From assembly GCA_963833575.1 (NCBI GenBank), contig CAWHXY010000007.1, positions 480,001-544,000 of the forward strand: 64,000 bases of DNA. The letters run 5' to 3'. Source of the stretch: Candidatus Bathyarchaeota archaeon (lineage in GTDB: Archaea; Thermoproteota; Bathyarchaeia; Bathyarchaeales; Bathycorpusculaceae). Shown in pieces: positions 10,222 through 21,258 of the stretch (positions are counted from its first letter, which is position 1; every line of letters starts with the position of its first letter). A program made the position numbers and the translations under genes. The notes beneath the pieces are model-generated. The model saw nothing but the letters and a program-made list of their open reading frames with translations. It made no database searches and was not told the origin of the DNA.

Positions 10222-10932
10222 TTGAAGAATACTACAAGAATAATTATTTTGGCCGGTGGCAATGGAGAGCGATTGTTTCCTTTTACCAGTGTGATCCCCA
10301 AGTGTTTAATTCCGGTGGCAGGAAAACCTTGTGTGCGGTGGATAGTGGAAGATGCCCTCCAACAAGGGTTTAATGACATTGTTTTGTGTATAAATAAAAA
10401 AGATGAGTCAAATTTTAGACATGAATTCAGAGATCTTGACGTGACATTTAGTGTTAATTGCGAAACCACTGGAACTGTGAATGAACTCTTATGTGCAAAG
10501 CGCCATGGGTTAATTGTTGATACTTTCATTTTAAGATATGGCGATGATCTCACTGAGATTTCTCTAAAAAATATGGTTAATTTTCATAAGGAAAAAGAAG
10601 CAATTGCCACGCTTCCCTTTACAAAGGAACTTAAACTTCCAGTTGGTATCTTGAGATTAAACGATGAAGGCGCCGTTGAGGAGTTCATTGAAAAACCCAG
10701 GTTAGAGAAGCCTTCATGGATAGGCGTAGCGGTTTTTGAACCAAAAGTCTTGAATTACTTTGAACCAGGTGAAGACATTGCTAGTCATGGAATACCACGA
10801 TTGTTGAATGCTAAAGAAAAAGTCTATTCTTTTGAAACACTAAATCATTGGTACGACGTTGGAAATTTGGAACATTGGCGAAAAGCTGACGAGTACTTTA
10901 GGAAAAAAAGCGAGCAATCTCAAAACATTTAG
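10222..10932 (+). CDS. Sugar-1-phosphate nucleotidyltransferase (NTP_transferase)
   Basis: ILAGGxGERLxPxTxxxPKxL, YGDD, FIEKP, WYDVG. Confidence 0.92.
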   Translation: MKNTTRIIILAGGNGERLFPFTSVIPKCLIPVAGKPCVRWIVEDALQQGFNDIVLCINKKDESNFRHEFRDLDVTFSVNCETTGTVNELLCAKRHGLIVDTFILRYGDDLTEISLKNMVNFHKEKEAIATLPFTKELKLPVGILRLNDEGAVEEFIEKPRLEKPSWIGVAVFEPKVLNYFEPGEDIASHGIPRLLNAKEKVYSFETLNHWYDVGNLEHWRKADEYFRKKSEQSQNI

Positions 10933-10970
10933 ACCATAAATTTTTCGTAAATTGTTTTTTGTGTGATTTC

Positions 10971-11657
10971 ATGATTGACCTTATTCCAAATGTAAGCGTT
11001 ATAGTGCCTGCTTACGATGAGCAAGGAACAATCTATGAGGTCATTTCAGAGTTGCTTCGCCTAAGAAAATTAATTCCTTCTATGGAGATAATAGTTGTTG
11101 ACGATGGTTCAACTGACAACACCTCCTTAATTGCATCCAAGTTTTCCTCAATAAAACTAATCAAGCACCGTAAAAATATGGGCAAAGGTGCCGCTCTCCA
11201 AACAGGTTTTCGAGCCGCCAAAGGCAAAGTAATAGTGATTCAAGACGCCGATATGGAGTATTATCCCCGTGAGATCCCCCGTATCATTCATCCAATCTTA
11301 ACTGGAAAAGCAGATGTAGTTTTTGGGTCAAGATTTAGAAAAAAACCCTCTGGAATGGGTATGTCACACTTTCTTGGAAACATTATGCTCTCTTTTGTTG
11401 CAAGCGTAATATATACAGCAAGAATAACTGATATCATGACAGGGTACAAAGCATTTTCCAACAAAGTCTTAGAATCAGTAAATATAAGGGAAAAAGGTTT
11501 TTTGGTTGAAGTAGAGTTAACCGATCAGATTCTTCAAAACGGTTGGCGTTTTCAAGAAGTCCCAATAGACTATACGTACAGAAACGAAGGGATTTCGAAA
11601 ATAACAAGCCGAGACGGATTAAAAAGCTTACTTCTTATCTTTTCCCGGATTGTCTAG
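10971..11657 (+). CDS. GT2 glycosyltransferase (DPM1-like)
   Basis: VPAYDE, VDDGSTDNT, NMGKGAA, QDADMEY, DVVFGSRF, TDIMTGYK. Confidence 0.92.
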   Translation: MIDLIPNVSVIVPAYDEQGTIYEVISELLRLRKLIPSMEIIVVDDGSTDNTSLIASKFSSIKLIKHRKNMGKGAALQTGFRAAKGKVIVIQDADMEYYPREIPRIIHPILTGKADVVFGSRFRKKPSGMGMSHFLGNIMLSFVASVIYTARITDIMTGYKAFSNKVLESVNIREKGFLVEVELTDQILQNGWRFQEVPIDYTYRNEGISKITSRDGLKSLLLIFSRIV

Positions 11658-11837
11658 CGTGCGCTGGAATTGTTTCAATAGTTCAATTGCGCCCAGAAAG
11701 TATTTAATTGGGTTTGCCCTGCTTCGGTTCAATCTTTTCTGCGACTGGATAGGCAGATACAGGATAAGGTCTTCAAGACAATTTTAACATTTTCAAAACC
11801 GTTAGAAACTCTAGGATAATACTGAAAGGGTGTTTAG

Positions 11838-13049
11838 TTGAAGGTTCTCTTCTTGAGCGCCGCGCACAGTCCCTCTTGGACAGGAGGAGGGTCGGGCGTT
11901 GCTAGGATTTTGCGCACTTCGCTTTCGGAACGAGGTATGAAAGTCAGTGCTGCCTGGTTTCCTCGCTCGTTTATGGATATGCAGCTTTTCAGCCAGTTGT
12001 CGACCAAGCCCTTGTCAGTACTAAACTCGGAAATTGTTCACATGTACCGGTGCTGCATACAAAAGAACCGGCCTGACGTGATTATTACGGATTACGACAT
12101 TGATCTTTCAGCTTTCTGGGCAAGTGTACTTTCGGGGATTCCCACAATCGCACAGGCTATGACCCCTTGGCCTATATGCCCAAAAGGTGACCTTTTCGTT
12201 TCAATTCGGCATACACGGTGCGAAGGACCAAATTTAACTTGCGGACAATGTGTGGCTAGTAAATCTGGATTCCGAGAAATGAGACCATTTTTGATGTCTT
12301 CATTAGCTAATGTATCCTTAGCAACGCTTACTCTAATTGAATTAAACAAAATCAGGCGGATCAGGTCTAAACTAGACTCTGCTTCGGCAATAGTCAGCTG
12401 TGATCTGTTTCTGAAAAACAAATTGGTCCAGATGGGTTACGATCCTATAAAAATTCATGCGATTTATAATGGTGTCGATCTGAATAAAATCAAGCCCGTG
12501 GCACCCGTGACAATTAGGAGCAAAGAAAAAATCGTTCTGTTCCTAGCTTATCAAGAAACTGAACATTCACAAGCGATAAAAGGTTGTCACCATTTTGTTC
12601 AACTTGCGAAAAGCCTGAAGCCAGAGTTTCCCGACGTAAGATTCCTGTGGGTTGGGCGGCAACAGATTCAAGCAGACAGCTTTGAAACTAAAAGTTACAT
12701 TTGGAATGAGCAGGATCTTCATGAAACGTATAGATCAAGCTATTTGCTCCTCTTGCCGTCTTTGTGGCCGGAAACAATGAGTTACTCTGTTCAACAAGCA
12801 ATGGCCCATGGAAAACCCGTAGTAGCTTACGACACTGGAGCAAACAAAGAAGCAATAATCCACAACGAAACTGGCCTGCTGGCGGAATGGGGAAACATCA
12901 AGCAACTAACAGCGCACGTACGATCACTTCTGCTAGACGAGAGGACAGCCATACGCATGGGAAACAACGCCAGAAAGGTAGCAGAAGCTAAGTTTGGCAT
13001 AGAAAAAATGACAAATGATTACGTAAAGCTTATAGAAGAAATAGCATAA
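11838..13049 (+). CDS. GT4 glycosyltransferase with Cys-rich insertion
   Basis: IYNGVD; PSLWPETxxxSVxQAMAHGKPVV; CPK..C..C..C insert. Confidence 0.88.
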   Translation: MKVLFLSAAHSPSWTGGGSGVARILRTSLSERGMKVSAAWFPRSFMDMQLFSQLSTKPLSVLNSEIVHMYRCCIQKNRPDVIITDYDIDLSAFWASVLSGIPTIAQAMTPWPICPKGDLFVSIRHTRCEGPNLTCGQCVASKSGFREMRPFLMSSLANVSLATLTLIELNKIRRIRSKLDSASAIVSCDLFLKNKLVQMGYDPIKIHAIYNGVDLNKIKPVAPVTIRSKEKIVLFLAYQETEHSQAIKGCHHFVQLAKSLKPEFPDVRFLWVGRQQIQADSFETKSYIWNEQDLHETYRSSYLLLLPSLWPETMSYSVQQAMAHGKPVVAYDTGANKEAIIHNETGLLAEWGNIKQLTAHVRSLLLDERTAIRMGNNARKVAEAKFGIEKMTNDYVKLIEEIA

Positions 13050-13188
13050 ACACGAACAGTATTAGAATAAACTCACTTTATGCGCTGGTTTATCAGCTCT
13101 GATTGATAGGCGCATAGTCTTTCATAAACAGTCGAGAATACAAATGAAGCATAATTAAAATTAGGTCTCAGTCAAAGAATTACTATCT

Positions 13189-14346
13189 TTGAGTGATCAC
13201 ATTTTGAACACAATTCCTTTGTATAAGCCTCAAAACTCATTAGGTAATGAAGAAGTAGATGCAGTTAGAGAAGTTTTTAAATCCGGATGGCTGACTCTGG
13301 GGCCAAAAACAGTCGAGTTTGAAAGAGTCTTCGCAGAATATGTGAGAGTAAAATATGGCGTTGCCACGAGCTCGTGCACCACTGCCCTTTACTTGGCTCT
13401 GGACGGTTTGGGAATAGGAAAAGGTGATTTTGTTGTGGTTCCAGTCAACACTTTTGTTGCCACTGCAAATGCTGTTCGATTGCGTGGAGCCGAACCTGTT
13501 TTTTGTGACGTATGTGAAGATGGAGAAATCGACCCAGAAAAGTTAGCGAATATTCTTGAAACCAATGAAAAGGTCAAATGCATAATACCAGTACATGTTT
13601 ACGGTTATCCTTGCAACATGAAGATCATCAGTCGATTGGTCAGGAAACATCGGGTGAGAATGATCGAGGACTGTGCTCAAGCTCAAGGCGCGACATTCGG
13701 AGGCAAAAAAGTTGGCAGTTTTGGCAATGTTGGGTGTTTTAGCTTCTATGCTACAAAAAACATATCAACAGGTGAAGGCGGGATGCTTGTGACAAGCAGT
13801 AAGAAAGTACAAAAAAGGGCTTTACTTGTGAGAAACCATTGTCAAACCAAAACCCCGGCAGAAAAGGCTGCTGACTGGCATTATGATGTAACTGATCTTG
13901 GTTTCAATTTCCGAATGAGTGAAATCGAAGCTGCAATTGGACTTGAACAAATAAAGAAGCTTGACCTGATTACAAAAAATAGGCGGGAACTTGCTAAAAA
14001 GTATAAAGAATCGTTGAAAGAGATAGAAGGGATAAAGATGCTGCATGACCCTGATGATAGTATATGTCGCGGCGTCTTTCATTTGCTGGAAGTCAAGGTT
14101 GAAAAACCGTATCCATTAACTAGAGACGAACTGTATAACTATTTAAGGGAAAGAGGCATAATTGCCGGAGTGCACTATATTCCCCTGCACTACTTTTCTT
14201 ATTATAAAAGAACTACAAAATACAAAAAGGGGAATTTCCCATGCGCAGAAGGATTGTTCCAAAAAATTTTGTCGCTTCCAATGTTTCCGTTCATGGCAGA
14301 ACAGGAATTTCAAATCATAATAGGGGCTCTTAAGGCAGGCGTTTAG
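13189..14346 (+). CDS. DegT/DnrJ/EryC1/StrS sugar aminotransferase (ArnB/PseC/DesI-like)
   Basis: SSCTTAL, IEDCAQA, FSFYATKNISTGEGG (PLP lysine), GFNFRMSEIEAAIG. Confidence 0.93.
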   Translation: MSDHILNTIPLYKPQNSLGNEEVDAVREVFKSGWLTLGPKTVEFERVFAEYVRVKYGVATSSCTTALYLALDGLGIGKGDFVVVPVNTFVATANAVRLRGAEPVFCDVCEDGEIDPEKLANILETNEKVKCIIPVHVYGYPCNMKIISRLVRKHRVRMIEDCAQAQGATFGGKKVGSFGNVGCFSFYATKNISTGEGGMLVTSSKKVQKRALLVRNHCQTKTPAEKAADWHYDVTDLGFNFRMSEIEAAIGLEQIKKLDLITKNRRELAKKYKESLKEIEGIKMLHDPDDSICRGVFHLLEVKVEKPYPLTRDELYNYLRERGIIAGVHYIPLHYFSYYKRTTKYKKGNFPCAEGLFQKILSLPMFPFMAEQEFQIIIGALKAGV

Positions 14347-14374
14347 ACATTTTCCAGCAACTAAAAAATTTGAG

Positions 14375-15481
14375 TTGATGCAGTTGATGGAAAATACGTT
14401 AAACTATGTGGGTTTTAGACCTCGCAATTATAATTTGGGTGATGAAGCTCTATACCCTATCGATCAAGAAATTTTTGCAAGATATAATCTTAGACTATGT
14501 CGAATAGCTGATCCACTCAGGCAGAAGCATAGCCAAACATCACTAATAGGTGGTGGAACATGTCTACCTCTGATTGCCTGGTATATGCGACCCACAAAAT
14601 ACGTTTATGTTTTTGGGGCGGGTGCCGGTGAACGTGCGGTTAATCAACGACTAATCGAAAGATTCACATCACTAAATTTCAGGCTTGTCGGCGTAAGGGG
14701 CAGAATTTCAAAAGCTATACTTCGAGAATGGGGATTAGATTCCGAAGTAATAGGCGATCCGTGCCTAAGCCAAAAACCTACGGGAGCCTTGGACAGACGT
14801 AATAACAGAATTGCCATAAACATTGGCGACGCCAAGGATAATTACTCATTGAAAAGCACATTCCAAACAATCAAAGAGTTGGTCAAAGTTTGCAAGGTCT
14901 TGAAAGCTGACGGCTATGAACTTATTATAGTTCCATTTTGGAAAGAGAATATGGAAAACGTCAAAAGCCTCTCCGAACAGACATCTATCAAAGTCTTCGA
15001 TAACTGGCAAGATATCGGAGCGACTATGAATTTGCTCTCTTCCTGTAAGGTGTTTATAGGGGAGAAATTGCATTCTCTGGTTTTTAGCGCTGCCGCAAAC
15101 ACACCCTTTATAGGACTCGCGTATGCACCTGAACATTTTGACTTCGCAGACAGCGTTGGGTTTTCAGATTTAACCATGCCTACTAATGCAACTACAGCTG
15201 AAAAGATCCTGCTCATGTTCCATGAGGTCATTAACAATTACGAGACGCTACAAAACAGATTAGCTGCCAACGTCAACGAATATCGCGAAAAGCAACGCCG
15301 ATTTGCAGAAAGAATAAGTTCTGATATCGAATCTTTACCCGCAGATAAGTGGGCCGTTCAAAACACCTTTGGAAATACATTAGTTATGGGGGCAGATCGT
15401 GTTCTATACTCAAGAATGAAGAAAATGTGGAGTGTTTGGGATACACTTATCTTCTCTCGTATAAAGCGTTATCTCGCTTAA
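14375..15481 (+). CDS. Polysaccharide pyruvyl transferase family protein
   Basis: NLGDEAL, GGGT, GVRGxxS, GDP, KLHSLV motifs. Confidence 0.8.
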   Translation: MMQLMENTLNYVGFRPRNYNLGDEALYPIDQEIFARYNLRLCRIADPLRQKHSQTSLIGGGTCLPLIAWYMRPTKYVYVFGAGAGERAVNQRLIERFTSLNFRLVGVRGRISKAILREWGLDSEVIGDPCLSQKPTGALDRRNNRIAINIGDAKDNYSLKSTFQTIKELVKVCKVLKADGYELIIVPFWKENMENVKSLSEQTSIKVFDNWQDIGATMNLLSSCKVFIGEKLHSLVFSAAANTPFIGLAYAPEHFDFADSVGFSDLTMPTNATTAEKILLMFHEVINNYETLQNRLAANVNEYREKQRRFAERISSDIESLPADKWAVQNTFGNTLVMGADRVLYSRMKKMWSVWDTLIFSRIKRYLA

Positions 15482-15531
15482 TTTTTAGAAGTTTGGGAAT
15501 TGAGTTTTCAAATCGACGAATGTGATTCATC

Positions 15532-16785
15532 ATGAAGATATTCATTACCAACAACGGGTGCGAGGTAAGCCAACTTTATTCAACGTACATACACAAGTGT
15601 TTTCTCAACCTTGATCCAGGAATAATATTAGTAACAAGTCCTCGAGAAGCCGACTTGATAGTCTTCTATGCTTGCGGACTCACTGAAACTAAAGAGGAAA
15701 AATCGCTTTCCATAATTGAAGTTCTTAAATCGATGATGAAACCCTCGGCCAGACTAGTTGTTTGGGGCTGCCTCTCAAAGCAAAACCCCCAATCATTGAA
15801 TGGCACATACATTGGTCCCATCATTGGTCCCAAGGATGTATTCCCCTTTGAAGCCGTTTTAAAACAAATGATAGATGAATCTAAATGGTCGACTCTAACG
15901 CAAATTCCAGACGCCAATTTCCTCAATATGCGAGAGGCACCTGAATCTAACTCATCAGCCAAGCAAAGTATTCTCTACCATCATCTGACCGACCTCGATA
16001 AGTATCTAACCAGACTATTCTTCAAAACCAATTCTTCACCTTTTTACATAAGAGTTTCCGAAGGCTGCACTTCCCATTGTACTTATTGCAGCGAGCGCCT
16101 CGTTTGGGGAACAGTAAGAAGCAAGTCAATCGAAAAAGTAATTTCTGAATTTGAAGATGGCTTGGAAAAAGGGTATAGAGACTTCTTCCTCTGTTCAGAA
16201 GACTTCGGGGCATACGGCTTGGATATCGGCTTAAATGCTTGTGATCTGCTCAAACAGTTAATACAAGTCAAGAAAGAAGCAAATTATAGAATAATTATTA
16301 ACGAATTAAGCCCTCTGCACTTAAAAAATATGTTTTCAGACTTTGAACAAATCTTCGCTTCTGGAAGAATAAGCACGCTAGGTGTTCAAGTGGAATCGGG
16401 CAGCGATAGGATTCTCAAATTAATGGGCAGGCAGTACAAAGCGGAAGAATGGAGAAACCTAATGTTATACATTAATCGAAAATTCCCGAGCATCAATCTC
16501 TCAACGCACTTAATGGTTGGTTTTCCTACAGAAACTGAAGAAGATTTTAGAGCTACAATGAATCTTCTTAGGCGCCCATTGACCCTTCAGGAAATAGTAA
16601 TCTTCAAGTTCTCACCAAGACCAGGCATCCCAGCAGCGAAACTGGCTGGACAAATACCAAAAGATGTTATCGAACTGAGGGCAAGAAAACTGCACCGAAC
16701 GTTTTTGTATACCTACCCATCGAACATGGCAATTCGTTATTCATATTTGCTCGTCAAAAAATTAAGCCATCATTCAGTAAACTAA
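15532..16785 (+). CDS. MiaB/RimO-like radical SAM protein (methylthiotransferase fold) without a recognisable TRAM domain
   Basis: UPF0004-type Cys triad (NGC, ADLIxxxAC, WGCL); GCTSHCTYC; ESGSDRILKLMGR; VGFPTETEEDF; FSPRPG. Confidence 0.88.
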   Translation: MKIFITNNGCEVSQLYSTYIHKCFLNLDPGIILVTSPREADLIVFYACGLTETKEEKSLSIIEVLKSMMKPSARLVVWGCLSKQNPQSLNGTYIGPIIGPKDVFPFEAVLKQMIDESKWSTLTQIPDANFLNMREAPESNSSAKQSILYHHLTDLDKYLTRLFFKTNSSPFYIRVSEGCTSHCTYCSERLVWGTVRSKSIEKVISEFEDGLEKGYRDFFLCSEDFGAYGLDIGLNACDLLKQLIQVKKEANYRIIINELSPLHLKNMFSDFEQIFASGRISTLGVQVESGSDRILKLMGRQYKAEEWRNLMLYINRKFPSINLSTHLMVGFPTETEEDFRATMNLLRRPLTLQEIVIFKFSPRPGIPAAKLAGQIPKDVIELRARKLHRTFLYTYPSNMAIRYSYLLVKKLSHHSVN

Positions 16786-16934
16786 ATGGTCAACTGCCCT
16801 CAAAGCAATGTAAATATGGAAACAACAAAAAGGCATGTGGGTTAGAAAAGCGCGCGCCCTGAAAACATCATCTCAGTCTATTGTTTTAGATTAAAGAACA
16901 GAAAAACGAATAATTTATTGGGAGTGATTAACTG

Positions 16935-18287
16935 TTGAAACCGATTAATGTCTTCGAAGAAGGTAAGTTTTCAGATGATCAACAACAGAGCTTTAACGAG
17001 TTTCTCTTAAGTGCCAAGTCTCAAAATCTAAACACTCAAGTCATAAAGCAATTATTTCTAAAGCCGTATCTTCCAGCTATTGAAATCTGCAGAGAGTTCG
17101 AAATTAGCAAGGCTCAGCTTGAAAAAACCCACGACTTTATCAGATCGTCTAAGAAAAGCAGAGACTTTTTTGCGGATTCTCCCTACTCATATTTGGTTAA
17201 CGCAATGGGACAGTTATCAAAGGATGCCAAGCGGACGTTGGCAGTCGTTAAAGGTGAAGAACCTCTTCCTTTATCGGATGTTCTTGAACTTTTTGTCAGC
17301 AACTCTTGCAACGCGAATTGCAAATTCTGCTACAGAAACGATAACGTGTATCACCGTCGAGATAAAGTTCTCTCCACTTCAGAATTTGTGCAGTTAATAA
17401 ACGATTATGCGGACTTGAACGGGCAAAATCTTGTTGTGAGTGGTGGTCTTGAACCTCTACTCAGCTGTTCCTTGCTAGATGTTCTGAAAACTGGAATAGA
17501 GCGCAAACTGAACGTACAGCTGTACACAAATGGCATTGCACTTGGTGAAGATAGTGAGATTACGGAACAACTTATGAAGCTACCAAAAGTCAGAATCAGC
17601 CTTAACGCGTCTAACAGAGAAAACTACAAGGAAATTCTGGGAGTAGACAAATTCGATCGGGTTATAGAAAATTTGAGATATCTCGTTGAAACAAAGAGGA
17701 AAAGTAAATCGAGTGTTAGGATCGGCGTTGGCTTCGCAATTTTCAGACAAAACTATTCATTCATCCCTGAGGCTTTAGAACTTGCACAAAAACTTGAACT
17801 TGATTTCGTAGACCTGAGGTTTGTTGAAAAATTAAGTCGTGAAGAAATCGACCCCCAACAAAAGACAGAGTTAAGATCTGTTATTGCCGAGGTGAGACAA
17901 AAGAAAATGCGAAATGAGTATGGAGCGCTCAATGTAACTGTTGCAGACACCTTTAACTCAGTCATTAGCCCTGGAACTGATTGCATGAAATACGTCAAGA
18001 AAGATTTGGTAAAAGAGCTCTGGCACTTCAGGATTACCGTTACGCCACACGGGAGGGTCTATGCTTTGAACCTAATTGGTCAACCTTCAAGGGAGGACAA
18101 TCGGTTTCTGATAGGCAAAATAGGTCAGAACGATCTCTCCGCAATACTACGCAAGGAAAAGAAAATTCCTTATGATAAAAATACCTTACTTGCTCATGAC
18201 ATTACCTTAATGCTGGCACTTTCTAAATTAACCTCCGATTTGGAGTACGGAATTAGCTTAGAAGAAAACCCGTTTTGCTGGGAGTAA
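16935..18287 (+). CDS. Radical SAM enzyme resembling DesII (NDP-4-amino-4,6-dideoxyhexose deaminase)
   Basis: CNANCKFC; SGGLEPL, LYTNG, RISL, DFVDLR, VTPHGRVY, RFLIG in the same order as motifs recalled for DesII; radical SAM certain, DesII call inferred. Confidence 0.75.
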   Translation: MKPINVFEEGKFSDDQQQSFNEFLLSAKSQNLNTQVIKQLFLKPYLPAIEICREFEISKAQLEKTHDFIRSSKKSRDFFADSPYSYLVNAMGQLSKDAKRTLAVVKGEEPLPLSDVLELFVSNSCNANCKFCYRNDNVYHRRDKVLSTSEFVQLINDYADLNGQNLVVSGGLEPLLSCSLLDVLKTGIERKLNVQLYTNGIALGEDSEITEQLMKLPKVRISLNASNRENYKEILGVDKFDRVIENLRYLVETKRKSKSSVRIGVGFAIFRQNYSFIPEALELAQKLELDFVDLRFVEKLSREEIDPQQKTELRSVIAEVRQKKMRNEYGALNVTVADTFNSVISPGTDCMKYVKKDLVKELWHFRITVTPHGRVYALNLIGQPSREDNRFLIGKIGQNDLSAILRKEKKIPYDKNTLLAHDITLMLALSKLTSDLEYGISLEENPFCWE

Positions 18288-18472
18288 TCTTAAGAGAAAT
18301 CAGATTTGAATTTGCGAATTGAACCAAAAAGAATCGCTAGCGCGCTAGTTGCAGACATCAAAGGTGTTTTGGAAAATTGGGATGCTTTGGCCATCAGAGC
18401 AAACTCGTTAAACAAATCCAAACGCGTAATTGAATTGGCTTTCGGACAGAACTACGATGGGGTTGAGGTTGC

Positions 18473-19561
18473 GTGATTAAATTTATAGATTTTGAGAGAG
18501 AATTTGCGGAAATAGGTGAGAAAGCAGCAGAAGCCATGCTGACGACCCAAAAGAGTGGCCGTTTTGTCCTAGGCGAGAATGTAGAACAGTTTGAAAAAGA
18601 GTTTTCCCGTTATGTTGGAGCCAGATTTGGAATAGGCGTAAATTCCGGCTCTGACGCACTGTTTCTAGCAGTTAAAGCCCTAGGGATTTCCAAAAATGAC
18701 GAAGTTATCACTGTTTCGCACACCATGTGTTCAACTGTTGATGCAATAAGCAGAAACGGAGCCAAACCTGTTTTTGTTGACATCGAACCCGACACGTTCA
18801 CAATGGACGTCTCAAAAATTGAGACTAATATTTCGGATAGGACACGAGCGATAATACCTGTTCACCTTTACGGTCAACCAGTAGACATGACTCCACTGCT
18901 CAGAATTGCAGAAGAGCACGATATACCAGTAATCGAAGACGCATGCCAAGCCCATGGCTCGACATACTGCAACAAACAAGTAGGAAACTTGGCAGATATT
19001 GGTTGCTTCAGTTTCTACCCCACAAAAAACCTCGGCTCCTATGGCGACGCAGGCATGATTACCACGAACAACAAAGAACTGGCGGAAAAACTGGCAAAAA
19101 TGAGAAACTACGGTCAATCCACAAGGTACAGTCAAGATTTTGTGGGCATAAACAGCCGATTGGATGAAATCCAAGCGGCAGTACTACGGGTAAAACTGCA
19201 AAAATTAGACGAATGGAATGAAAGAAGAAGAAAAAACGCCAAACTCTACAATGATCTCCTAGAAGACAAGAATATTACAACGCCTATCGAAAGAGAATAC
19301 GCCAAACATGTATATCACTTGTACGTAATAACCCACAATAAACGTGACGGCCTCAAAAACCATTTAATGAAAAACGAAATTCAAACGTTGATACACTACC
19401 CAACTCCAGTTCACAAGCAGAAGGCATACGCAACAAAAGCAAACCTTCCCATAACGGAAACAACATGCGAAAGAATTCTGTCACTACCTATTCATCCTTG
19501 GCTAAACGAAGATGAGGTCAGGAAGATATCTGACTGCATCACCGAGTACTGCAGAAACTAA
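18473..19561 (+). CDS. DegT-family aminotransferase (FdtB/DesV/EryC1-like 3-aminotransferase)
   Basis: [52 protein letters not shown]. Confidence 0.93.
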   Translation: MIKFIDFEREFAEIGEKAAEAMLTTQKSGRFVLGENVEQFEKEFSRYVGARFGIGVNSGSDALFLAVKALGISKNDEVITVSHTMCSTVDAISRNGAKPVFVDIEPDTFTMDVSKIETNISDRTRAIIPVHLYGQPVDMTPLLRIAEEHDIPVIEDACQAHGSTYCNKQVGNLADIGCFSFYPTKNLGSYGDAGMITTNNKELAEKLAKMRNYGQSTRYSQDFVGINSRLDEIQAAVLRVKLQKLDEWNERRRKNAKLYNDLLEDKNITTPIEREYAKHVYHLYVITHNKRDGLKNHLMKNEIQTLIHYPTPVHKQKAYATKANLPITETTCERILSLPIHPWLNEDEVRKISDCITEYCRN

Positions 19562-19940
19562 AAATAGAGTCAGTTTACACCGTGGTTATTATAAAGCGCG
19601 CCCTTGGGAAGGTCTCATCTTGATGAAAAACTGTTTCGCCATTCTTGTCTGCTCACGCAGCACGTCCGCACTAGCTATTATAGACCGAGAGCTTTATTGT
19701 TCTCTTCACGACAAATATTATGAATTCTAAGAATAGATTCCTAATTTAGCTCACCGCTGTTCCTGCTATCGAGTCTGTACGCAAGCCAATTAAAGCTGAA
19801 TTTGATTAGGTCACGGGCGAATACAATGACGGCGGAAAAATATCCTGCAAACTCGAGCAAAAGCCAAAAAATCCCAGTTTTTGTTGTGTTAATGTTCAGA
19901 TTATCATAAACCAATCACTTTTGAGAAGCGTTCAACCGAA

Positions 19941-21110
19941 ATGAGTCTGACAACAACTATCGTTACAGATTCAAGCAGACTCGCTGGAATTGAAAAGGAA
20001 TTGAATATTTTTGTTCAAGAGTGGGGCGAAACTCCTTTTGGGTTACCAGCATTTCTCAAAGCAGGAATGAACATCTGCAATTCTAAGGGAAATCAATTTC
20101 CCGCAATTCTACTCACAAAAGTAGATGGGAAACTTGTTGGTCTGACATCCTTAGCGATACGACGACTTTATGGAATTCGTTATGCTGAATCTCTACTTGA
20201 CTTTTGGTCTGGCACTGATCTTGTAATGGACGATGATTACAGGCAAATTGTGACAGATCACATTTTACGAACTATTTTAGAGAAATTGCAGTGTAAATTA
20301 GCAATGCTATACTTGCCGCTTGAATCATCATATCTGCAAGATTTGCAGCGGACTTGCAAATCTAACAAACTACACTCCGTCCTTGACTTTGAACCGTATA
20401 TAAGTCATGGTGTTGTGTCAACAGAGCATTCTTGGAGTGAATTTTTGAAATTTAGGGGGAGATATTTCCAAAAAGACCTCAGAGCCATAGAAAGAAAGTT
20501 GAATACTGCGGGCAAATGGAAAGTGACACTAATAGAAAATAACATTGGTTGTAGCGAAGAGAACATATATGACAAGATAATTTCTATTGAAAAATCAAGC
20601 TGGAAAGAAGTCTACAGGCAAAACAAAGGGAAACCCGTTGATGAAACGCTCAAATGGTTAATGGAGTCATCTAATTTAATTATAGACAATAATTCCATTT
20701 TGAAGCGAAAAATTTGGTTTTTGCAACTTAATGATCGGCCCATCGCTTTTTCAATAGTTCTCGAATACAAGGGGACTGCCTTCATTATGAAAACGTCGTT
20801 TGACGAGAAGTATCGGAAACTGAGTCCGGGGATTTTTATCAACAACATCGCAGTTAAGGATTTATTTGACAAACGAGAAGTTAAAAAGATCGACTTTATG
20901 TCATCCATGCCAATTGTAAGCACTTGGGGTCCCAAAATTTTGCCAAGAGTCAGGTTTAATTTGGGTGGTCGAAGCGGCATTGGTACACTGAAAGTTAGGC
21001 GTATGATCAAAAAGCTTGTTTCCGAGCTTGAGCACTCAGAAAAAACTTGGCCTTTCTACTTTACTGCCAGAGAACAACTCAAAAAGTCAAAAAAGCACAT
21101 TACGTGGTAA
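19941..21110 (+). CDS. GNAT-family acyltransferase (CelD/BcsL-like)
   Basis: SWxEFL..R..FxKxLRxxERKL; IEKSSWK; KTSFDEKYRKLSPG; IDF. Confidence 0.85.
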   Translation: MSLTTTIVTDSSRLAGIEKELNIFVQEWGETPFGLPAFLKAGMNICNSKGNQFPAILLTKVDGKLVGLTSLAIRRLYGIRYAESLLDFWSGTDLVMDDDYRQIVTDHILRTILEKLQCKLAMLYLPLESSYLQDLQRTCKSNKLHSVLDFEPYISHGVVSTEHSWSEFLKFRGRYFQKDLRAIERKLNTAGKWKVTLIENNIGCSEENIYDKIISIEKSSWKEVYRQNKGKPVDETLKWLMESSNLIIDNNSILKRKIWFLQLNDRPIAFSIVLEYKGTAFIMKTSFDEKYRKLSPGIFINNIAVKDLFDKREVKKIDFMSSMPIVSTWGPKILPRVRFNLGGRSGIGTLKVRRMIKKLVSELEHSEKTWPFYFTAREQLKKSKKHITW

Positions 21111-21258
21111 GGATTATCTGGTAGCGCGCACTTCCACAATTCCAATTTTTGCGCCTCAAACTTACTTCCTGCCAAAACTCCAAAACGCAAGTGGCTCTTC
21201 AGAGGCGACATCAAAGAAAAATAGATGCTGACTCCTTCGTACTAAGTACGCACTTAAC

